From Phoronis australis (Eukaryota; Animalia; Phoronida): 64,000 bases of DNA. The DNA is taken from the NCBI GenBank assembly GCA_002633005.1, contig NMRA01000270.1, positions 394,345 through 458,344 on the forward strand, read 5' to 3'. Position 1 is the first letter of the stretch, and the number at the start of each line of letters is the position of its first letter. Positions 54,220-64,000 of this stretch are shown piece after piece. Below the pieces are notes generated by a model that was not told the origin of the DNA, ran no database searches, and worked only from the letters and a program-made list of their open reading frames with translations. Position numbers and translations under genes: made by a program.

Positions 54220-56033
54220 GTTCCAAGTGTTGGGCATGTTTTGCCTTCATTCTTAAACCCTGTTAACTTGGTTCCTTTTATTTATAGGGGAAAACAGTTG
54301 ACTGGGGCTCGGTAACGCTACGTCCTTGTTAAAAAGAAGAGTCCATTATTGTCATAGCATGACAATAATCTTTCTAGTTTGTTTTTGTTCTTGCGTATTT
54401 TAATCCTTTTTATTGCTTCAGGCTTTGTAATAAAGTTTGTTTTGGGGGAATTGATCAGCACTGTCCTTGAAACCTCCATATTTTGTGTGCAAGTTCTAGA
54501 ACAAACTGATACATGTACTTATGTTGTGGTGCGTGTTTTTTTGAGGTTCACACAACATATCAACATTTCATGATAGTGACTTCATAATGAACTACATTGG
54601 CTACAGAGTAATTTCACCGTGGCGGTATGCACATCATTAAAAACCTAACTTGGCAATTATTAACTGGTAAAACCAATAACTGTCAGTGACTATGTATCAT
54701 AAACGATACTAATTACACGGAAAAAACTATTGTCACTGCCACAGTAGTCCACTTTCTTCCTCAGTGCTGAGATCTTCCTTTCCTGGGACTTGATAATAAC
54801 TTTGCTGACAAAGGGGGTCAACACTGACTTGGAACTAGCAGGTGGTGACGAAATAATGGAAGTAAAAAGAAGCGTGTGGCTTAGGATCACTGTTATGACA
54901 GGAGGCTGCAAATATTCTTTAATAAAAATAATTGAATATTCACGCAATGTTACGAATTAGTGTAACCGCACTTTAATAGTAAACATGGTTAATTATCTGA
55001 TTCGCGTAACATAGCATGGAAACAGTAACCACTGTTAATTTTAGGACATGTAAATATATATGTATAAACTTAACTATTACACAACACATATGTTTTTGAT
55101 GCAACAACTGTAGAGTAATAATTACCTTCGTTTCTTGGTTAACAGATAACCATGTCTAGACTGCGTTGACTTAAACAATGTGCAGAATTTGCCCTTCACT
55201 AATCCTTCAGACAGTTTATGTGCGTTGACAAAAAAGGGAAACTTTTTCATCGTTATGACTTGGAATAGTTTTGGCAATGAATGTTTTCTTTCGACTGCAT
55301 AGGCTCAGAATCAGTTTACATATATGTCTTCCATCTCTGTAGTTACTTGGTGTTCTGATAAATATTTCTGCATTTCTGTTATTATCTGTTATAGTATGAG
55401 AACGGCTTTTACTCGAAAATTCTGTTCACAATAATAAATAAATAAACAAAGAATATGCATCACACATCTAAATAGCATTTAATTGAAACAAATCACTGTA
55501 AGCTTGGCGTTTTTTTTTGGTTTTTTATAATGTAGCAAGTAAAACCTTGACAAGCTTATAATAAAAAAGCTGTTTGTTGCTTTTATCATGAAAAGAACCT
55601 CTCTCTTCCTCTACCAGAAAATAAGAACCAATCATCGTATTTAGATTCTTTATCTTTTGATGCTCATCTACTTCAACTGCTCTTATCATAAGTAAATCTT
55701 TCGCTTTCTTGAGCTCCAGTGTTTAACATCGACATCGTCATCGAGCCCGTTGATTTTTCTTAAAGAACTCTACTTAGTTTCCATTGCACCCACTTTTTGT
55801 GACAGTACTTGCATCTTGTACAGACTTCTTTTTATGTCGTCCAATGGCATGTTCAGGGGACACAGATATTCATCTACGATATCTTGGCTGTAGGCGAAAG
55901 GAGCAGCATTAGGAAAGAACGAAAAATTTAAAAAAGGGCTCAATGTTGTATCATGACTCATTAAAAATAAATTCTATTAATCACGTTAGGAAACACCATA
56001 TGCGAAACTTATTCTAATGACATGCGAATTGTA

Positions 56034-56790
56034 TTAGTTTGGAAAAATCGCCTTCGTCTGAAAGTGCACAGTCAGTCCGTGTTTGCTAACATTGTTTTGT
56101 GGAAGAAGATCCACAAGTGGGTGATCTAGGATATTTAAATATTCATGACCTTTTCTTTCTACAGTATGGCGGATGGCTGTGCATTGGTTTTCATGAGATC
56201 TAGCAACTTCGAATCTTCTAGAAGGGCACATGTGATATGTTTGCTTATAAAAGACGATGCATCCTCTTAATGTGTTCATTGAGCTTTGATGCATCCTTAA
56301 TTTAGTCTTTTCACTTTTGTCGTATTGACAACCGTCTCATTAACAACGTTTTCTAGAAAAAGATCCACAACTGGGTGATCTAGGATATTTAAGTCTACCT
56401 GACCCTTTCTTTCTACAGTATGACGAATGACTGTGCACTTGCTTTCCACGAGATCTAGGAAATTTTAATCATCTTCAGGAAGGGCACATGTGATATTTTT
56501 GCTGATAAAGGTATACACTTCCTCATCAGCGTGTTCATTGAGCTTTTGTGCCTCCTTAATCCACAACAGAATGCGTGCTTGTGGTGAACCACGAGCTTGA
56601 AATTCTATACGCGAAACATAGTCAGTGATTTCTCCCAGTGGACGAACATTTGATAACAGAACATCTCTGAAGAAAAAATCAAGTCTACTGAAAGTGCCGA
56701 GCAGCAGTCACAGGGATACATCGCAACCAGTTTGAGCGCTCAGTAACGGACAGGTTCTTCACATCTAAATCCCTCATCACTGTATCATAC
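56034..56790 (-). pseudogene. Helitron/Helentron Rep (HUH) domain remnant with a diverged internal duplication of about 250 bp
   Basis: ERSNWLRCIPVTAARHF, PLGEITDYVSRIEFQARGSPQARILLWIKEA (decayed EFQxRGSPHxH), ITCALP, HSHSSYCRKK, KYPRSPS; segments starting at 56107 and 56361 are duplicates. Confidence 0.85.
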
Positions 56791-57499
56791 AGTCTGAGAT
56801 TTGAGAGACAAGGCGTGATTGAGCTATATGAACTGACCTACGCGACGAATAATTAACAATAGTGATAGTTGATTAAGTAAAACTACGCAATGATTAAAAT
56901 ATATGCTTTGAAAAAGAAAAGAACTGTGATTGGATAAGAACTTTACATTTGTTTAAACAATACAATGCGTTGATTAAGCGGATATCAATGCTCAGAAATG
57001 TTGCTACTCGTTTATGATCCCTTTAGCGCTTCATAACATATAGAAAAGAAAAGAAAGCACGGCACACTAACATAAGAACTGATTTAAGGATGTAACATGT
57101 TATGATCTAAAAGATTAAATCTACGTAACCAAATTCCTTTCAGTTGATCTCGACGAGATAAATTTCAGTGACTGCACCCCTTTGCATGCACCATGGCTCT
57201 AACCGCCAGAGGGCGCTTATCGCTGTGAATGGAGCATGAGAATGGGTAAGATTCATCACCCATCTTTCTCACTCTAACATAGGAAAATAATTAACGATTA
57301 AGATACGAAACTTAATAACAAAAAATTTATTGAAAATAAACGCACACATTTAATATCTCATAATACAGTTAACAAATCTTTATAACTGCATGTAAATTCA
57401 GAATAATAACAAAAGGAATCAATTACTAACACTGTACCTTAGAAAACTTTCGCATGAATGAAGTAATGTACCTGTTTGTGGCTTTAATTTCAAGAAGAA

Positions 57500-57810
57500 G
57501 CTCTTGTTCATCGTGGACGTTGAATGATGTGCTGGGTGTATTGCTTCACTCATCTACTTCGACTACCGAAATTTTCATAATGTCCTGCTCTTTAACATCA
57601 ACGTAACTTTTTGATCCCCACAACTTCACGTCCAATTTATTATTGAGTATGATAATTTTCCTCATCAATCCACTTTTAAAAGTCTGTCTCACCAACTGTT
57701 GTTACGGTCTCTCGAATTGAAACTCTCCTTTTAAAAAGACTTATGACTTTGTCGATGCAAACGACAGGAGGCCGTAAATACTCTTTAGCAAGGCAAGACA
57801 GTTGCTCAAA
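57500..57810 (-). pseudogene. OB-fold-like (RPA/SSB-like) coding remnant; paralogs near 54860-54950, 55660-55920 and 62100-62460
   Basis: KEYLRPPVVCID...RKIIILNNKLDVKLWGSKSYVDVKEQDIMKISVVEVDE; the EYL(R/Q)PPV motif recurs. Confidence 0.45.
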
Positions 57811-60472
57811 AACTATGATGTCGGGCCACCATTTTTGGGGCTGAATATCGGCCACATTTTCCTCTGAAAAAATATTGAAAAATCATGCGAAAGTTCCCTC
57901 ATGAAGCCGAAAAATTACCTTCAAGTGATTGAAAATTCCCCCTGAGATTTGAATTATTGAAACTCACGCATGTGACATCGCAGTGCAAAATATTAGTTTC
58001 GGCTGCTTGAGGGCTTCAGGCAGAGCCAATGAAGGCTTGGCAACAGGTTGAGGGTTCTATTGATGATGATCAAGACATAGAATTTTCCCCTCACCCCACA
58101 AAATTCCCGTCTCAAAATTTGCATGCACTTTTACCTCGGATGAACGAGGTCCATGAGTGTCTTAGCTAAACTAATGTGAGTGAGGCTTGCAGAACACAGA
58201 CCTCAAATACTGATTGATTAAATCAAGATGCAGGACATGTTAGCAACCTATTTGAAACCTTAAGAATTACGTTTAAATAACAGACTACATTTTGTGCAAG
58301 TTAATCTTTCTGATCATTGTTGTTTAGTATATAAGGGGAATCCAAAGTTTAATAACCTTGACAAAGAAGTCCTGCAATATTTTACTCGATTCTATACTTT
58401 ACCTCTAGCTGCCTTCAGGTCATATTCTACAACTTTTAACCTATGGGTTAAAGCCGCTATCTGCTCATCCTTGAAAAAGCAAGGACAAGAATTGTGCAGG
58501 GGATCTAAGAAACTACAGGATGTGGATGGAGGGTTGGCAGTTGGAAAAAGCTGATGAGGTGATGTTCCTGGGGGTGCAGAGGGGTTAGTAGGGGCAGGTG
58601 GAAAGTGGTGGTATTTAAGGGGGGACAAGACGCTGGTTAAAATCTAGGGACAGGGGCCCACACGGAGGTAGGACAAGTAGAACCATGTGAGACAGCTCAC
58701 AAGAGAGGCATAAGGTGCTGGGTAAGCTACTGGAGGGGGCACAAACAAGCAGGGCCAGTCACGGGTGAGGTGTGAGCAGCAGGGGTGGACACAGGTGGAG
58801 CATAAAGCACAGGAGATCTTGGGAGGGGAGCAAGGTGTAGGTGTGGTCACAGAATAGGGAGGATGAGAAGCAGAGCCATTTATGGAGGGAGGGTGACAAG
58901 ACGAGGTGAATGGAAAAGAGGGAAGAACATTATATTGGGCACATGAAAGGGGATAGGAAGGAAGAGATGAATCGATAACCAGTAAAGAAGAGGACTGTGG
59001 TAAGTTATAACACTCCACAGCAATTGTCCCAGAAGCAAAGGGAATGAGTAGCTCAACAGCACACTGATACGCTGCTTCAGCAGTGGCTTCCACTCTCTTT
59101 TTCTTTTTTTTGGCAGCTGAAAGTACAATGATCACTAGGATAACTTCTGGCAATTAACGTCATTCAAGATTTTTCTGCAAAACGAACATAGTCTAATATT
59201 CTATAAAACTATTTCATTAGTTTTTATTGGTAGAATTTGAAATTTTAAAACCACATGCAGCACTCTATGAGAACCACTAATTTGTCTCATGTTTGTCTCC
59301 ATAGTGGATTCATTTACTAGCAAAGACCTAGTAAACTCTTTTATCGAACGTACCATTTAAATTTGTGTACTGCATCTGTGGATAACTTACCTTGTTCACC
59401 TCCATGGTTTTGCTTCACATTTTAACCTTTAATTTGAGAAAATATAAACAAACTTGAGGTAAAAGAAACATTATATTCATACAGTATTGCAATGAACATT
59501 TTATTGTTTTTCTAAATGTAAGTACATGTAAAAACTGTTGACCTCCGTTGAAGGTAGTTGTGTAACATCCCATAAAAGTTGCTGACTTCCATTACATATG
59601 AATTGGCAATTAGCTGTATAATTTTTGATAAAGACCTCTTGTGTTTACTCACTTATAGGTTCACCTTTCCCCGTCATCAGCATCGTCTCCAATACCTTCA
59701 CCAGCATTAGTCTTTTTCTTGTTGGTGTCTTTTCTTTTACACCTAAACAACAAAGTAAATAAAAAAATAGAGAGCTTCACGAGATCTAAACGTATACCAA
59801 ATTTCCAAAATATCCATCAAGTTATGCAGGAGATACACGACTTATACTCTAGCTTATGTTAAACTTAAACTGCACTTGGACTTTGTTGTACCGCATCAGC
59901 TGGTCCCAAATCGTTATGTTCTCTAACTGTTTCCCGTTATCTCTTTCAACACATCCATATCTATTGCAGGGTCACAAAAAAGCTACGATGGTCCGTTGTT
60001 AGGACTTTGCTGTAATAAAAACAGAAGACTGTTAACTTTTTAACCTGGTAACTAAATTATTTCGGTAATATGCAACACAGGAAATTTATTATTTATTATT
60101 GATGTGTTATTCAATTACCTTTCCCTCAATAACCTGAAACATTGATTATTTTCTTGAAAACCATCTGTCATGCAGTGGCAATAAATGGTTTAATCATTTT
60201 CCAACAGTTATCTTGAACAACAGTCGAGTTCATGCCAGTATTTAAAACAATTAATTTTGTTATTTTGTACATTCTCAGAAGATGTTGAAGAAGTAAGATA
60301 GGATATTTAGAAAAGCAATTATACATGATTGTCAACACATTGTTACTAAGTCATCAATATTTGAATAAATTCAATGTTTTTATAAGGCATGAATAAGTTA
60401 AACTCAGTCACGTCCTTTTAAAAAAGAAAACGTTAGCATGGACAATAATTACCGTGATCCTCCTCGTACAGG

Positions 60473-60901
60473 ACGGCAGCGAACTCCAGAAGGCCCAGAT
60501 GATCTTGCCGAGACTGACGTCGACATTTGCTACACTGTCAACAGACTTGCAGACAACAACAGTGTCATACGTAACTAGTCCAATCTGGATGTCTTCGCAC
60601 ATGGTTTTGCAAGCCGTGGCAGTCCTTAATACGGGCATAATCCACGCCAAAGTCATCGCCCCACTGGACAACGCAGTGTGCTTCTTCAACCACAATGGTC
60701 AAATCCTTGTTTTGCCATACCTCACATAAGAACATGCTCATGACCGAGTCATGCAGAATGTCTACAGGGTGACCTAACACAAAAGATGGACTCATCAGCT
60801 TTAACTTTTCACCCAAACCTTTCCCTACGCGCACGCACAAGTCTCCCAGCCTTTGCTCCTGTTCCTCAATGATAGCAGTCAAGGGACTCAACAGGATGAC
60901 A
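60473..60901 (-). pseudogene. Third copy of the LTR/RecQ junction, with two internal deletions
   Basis: Matches 46169-46781 but lacks about 135 bp of LTR and 42 bp of RecQ. Confidence 0.85.
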
Positions 60902-61409
60902 NNNNNNNNNNNNNNNNNNNNNNNNNNNNNNNNNNNNNNNNNNNNNNNNNNNNNNNNNNNNNNNNNNNNNNNNNNNNNNNNNNNNNNNNNNNNNNNNNNN
61001 NNNNNNNNNNNNNNNNNNNNNNNNNNNNNNNNNNNNNNNNNNNNNNNNNNNNNNNNNNNNNNNNNNNNNNNNNNNNNNNNNNNNNNNNNNNNNNNNNNNN
61101 NNNNNNNNNNNNNNNNNNNNNNNNNNNNNNNNNNNNNNNNNNNNNNNNNNNNNNNNNNNNNNNNNNNNNNNNNNNNNNNNNNNNNNNNNNNNNNNNNNNN
61201 NNNNNNNNNNNNNNNNNNNNNNNNNNNNNNNNNNNNNNNNNNNNNNNNNNNNNNNNNNNNNNNNNNNNNNNNNNNNNNNNNNNNNNNNNNNNNNNNNNNN
61301 NNNNNNNNNNNNNNNNNNNNNNNNNNNNNNNNNNNNNNNNNNNNNNNNNNNNNNNNNNNNNNNNNNNNNNNNNNNNNNNNNNNNNNNNNNNNNNNNNNNN
61401 NNNNNNNTA

Positions 61410-61620
61410 CCGTAATCGTTCGGGTTAACGCCCTGGGCCGTTAAATTGGCGACTTCAAAAAATCGGGGGAGGGCGGTTAACCGAGCAGTGGGCGGTTAAA
61501 TCGAAAATCCACCTAAAGTAGGGGATGGGCGGTTAACCGAACATGGGCGCTTATTACGACAGACAACTGCCCTGGGCGGTTAATCTTACCTGGCGATCTA
61601 AATCCCGACACGACAATCAT
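61410..61620 (+). mobile_element. CCGTA-type MITE left end, copy 2
   Basis: Identical to 47984-48123 and continues further. Confidence 0.7.
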
Positions 61621-63229
61621 ACCCGGAACGCGTAGCCCTTTTCAAAGAGCTTTATCGTCACGTCGCCAAATGACTGTGAAAACATCATAACAGCAGATGA
61701 TCTCAACAAAGGTTCACATATTTTAAGTGGTGATTATTTTGTGGTTCAGTAGCAGTTGCCACACTAGTGACTTTATTCTGTAACTTAGTTTTGTCAGTTT
61801 TATGTTATTGACAACTGTCACATCGGCATACTTTTCTAAAAATCCACAACTGCTGGTACTTGGTAATGATCAAATGATTTAGTTTCTCGGAATGGGAGAT
61901 CAGAATGGTTAAGATTCACCACCCATCATAATGATTTTACTATAACATATGAAAATAAATATCGAGAAAGATAGAAAACATAACAACAAAAAATGTATGT
62001 AAATTCAGAATAACAAAAAAATCATTTATTACCATTTTACCTTAGCAAACTTTCGCTTGTAAAAGTAACTGAACCTGTTTTTTTGTGGCTTTAATTTTCA
62101 TGTTCATCTTCTTGGACATCGAATAGTGTGCCGAATGTACTGTTCACTTATAACTTTACTTGTGTACTTCGACTGCTTTTATTTCCAGAAGAAGTTCATG
62201 TTCTTCTTTGACGTCATATGTTGTGCTGAAAGTTCTGTTTAGACTGATGACTTTCTCCCATTCGTCTTCCTCTACGGCAGAAATTTCCATTGTGTCCCTT
62301 CTTTTTTGCCAGTGTTACTTTTGAAACCCCATAATTTGACGTCGAGTTGATCGTCAAGTCTTCTGATCTTGCGCATTGATCGATAGAAACAACTGGGGGC
62401 CTCAGATATTCTTCAACAACTGCTTTGTTGTTGTTGAAGGGTGCCACGTCATGAAAAATCTGAAAAATAATTGAATATATACTCAATACTAAAACTATTT
62501 TTACTTTCCGACTCAAAATGTCTTTGGCCATAAAAGTTTCTTTTGACTGTTTAGGCTCAAAATCGGTAATTGCATCAATATATTCCATTTGGATAGTTAC
62601 TTGGCGCAATGTTAAAAACTTCTGCAAGTGTCTTCTATAGTGTAAGAATGGTCCCTGTTTCGAAAAAGAGGTTATCTTACCCTCACAGTCAAACCATCTC
62701 TCGCATTTGTTTTGCATTCAAGCAGCTGTATCTTTTGCTTCAGTGGTCACGGTCATGGCGAATTTAACGGACGACTTGACTTCCTTGACCTCATTCACTA
62801 ACCGCAATATTTTGACTCATGGCCGGTATTAAACCAAAGTGAGATTTCAGCGCTGTCAGCCATGTTGGTTCATGTGTCAGAGGATCACTATCAGTTTCTT
62901 GCTCTACTGAATCACTCATTTCAAAGTCTCTCACCTCGTTCCCATCTTGCGTTTGCTCACTATCGCTCGCAGTTGTGTTTAGTCGTTTTCCTCGTGTTTT
63001 ACCCATGTATATTTTACTTATTTTTGGCTGAGAAGTTGGAGCCCAAAACCTTAATTGACTTAACAGTATGCGCATGCGCAATCATCTCCCGAACTTATGC
63101 TTAAATTTGATACTACACCAACAGGGAAAGAGCACAACACTAGAACGTTATAGCAAAGTTGACTGACATTTTCACTGTTCTGGTGAAGTACTGCCTTACC
63201 ACACATTGTGGTTAACATTCTTGTTTTAC

Positions 63230-63290
63230 CTGGTTAGCAACCGTGGAATCAGCACCCTTTTCAATGAGGAGTTTCACAACTACCAGTTGG
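63230..63290 (-). pseudogene. Isolated ankyrin-repeat exon fragment
   Basis: LVVVKLLIEKGADSTVANQ followed by a GTAAAA donor. Confidence 0.45.
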
Positions 63291-64000
63291 TTAAACCTAG
63301 ACAAGTCGTGGGGTGATGTGTCTTCATCCCACGCAGAGTGAAACGGTTTTAACGGAACAGACGAAATGAGCCATTTCCTATTTCGTAACAGGGTCGTGGA
63401 ATTGTATGTGGCATAGAAATGCCGGTCAAAGTATAGAAGCAAATTTGCCAATATTAAGCAAAAATCAAAATAAACCACATGTAATTTATTTCAATGTCAA
63501 TTCCCATGAACAGAACGATTTTTCTCTTGCTGAACCGAGTGAGGTGTCCCTTTCAGTAAACACCTTGTAATTAGACAAGTTCATCCGGTTTTGCAGTTTT
63601 ACGCAGTTCACGGTATAATCAACAAAGTACAGACTTTGTCCTTTAATCCTTTGGTTACTTGGTGTGCATTGACAAAAAGTGAAATACTTGTTTATTATGA
63701 AAAGCTTTACACAAAATACTGCAAAAAACACGGCATATTGACATCAAAACTAAGAAAAGGTTTTTCTGAAACCAACTTCCTTAAACTTGCAGGCACATTT
63801 CGATGACTAACCCTTTGTATCGTTGCTTTAAACATGAGAGGGCGTTCATCACTGGGTATGTTACATGAGAAAGGGTAAACTTCTCTACCCATTTTAACAA
63901 TTTCGTTGTAACATAGGAAATTAAATACCAATTAAAATACACAACGGCAATAAATGAATTGAAAATAAACTTACCACAATTATAAAGAAAACCATACCTA

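Larger units (their letters stand above)
49081..54594. repeat. Segmental duplication, unit 2
   Basis: Matches 40212-47983 with a 2340-bp deletion and small indels. Confidence 0.92.

Noticed and set aside
58020-59153. Pro-rich ORFs and a possible BEN-like remnant
   Set aside because: Low complexity with many stops; similarity too weak to call by eye.
62720-63010. Acidic/coiled-coil ORF resembling a LINE ORF1 start
   Set aside because: No diagnostic motif and no ORF2 downstream.

Overview
Eukaryotic, AT-rich, intron-containing draft genome with N gaps, most likely a marine invertebrate (inferred from the TE families). Left part: the first two coding exons of a DUSP8/16-like MAP-kinase phosphatase gene (minus strand, 11590-11700 and 92-202), separated by an 11.4-kb intron that carries TIR elements. 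22-40 kb: a dense TE cluster with a hAT-like element with a 5-bp TSD, a Helentron-type HINE, L1/Tx1, Harbinger and Penelope fragments, a Kolobok-type transposase remnant and a DIRS retroelement. 40-55 kb: a duplicated block containing the most unusual item, a degenerate Gypsy-like LTR element. It has a 300-bp LTR, a tRNA-Ser PBS, a PPT and a TTTAAAC -1 frameshift site. Its Gag starts with a ComEA-like helix-hairpin-helix, it carries a TatD nuclease ORF but no visible protease/RT/integrase, and it is inserted into an intronless RecQ-type (AcademH-like) helicase. 55-64 kb: a Helitron/Helentron Rep remnant and several decayed paralogous OB-fold-like exons. All family assignments come from motif recognition by eye; no searches were run.
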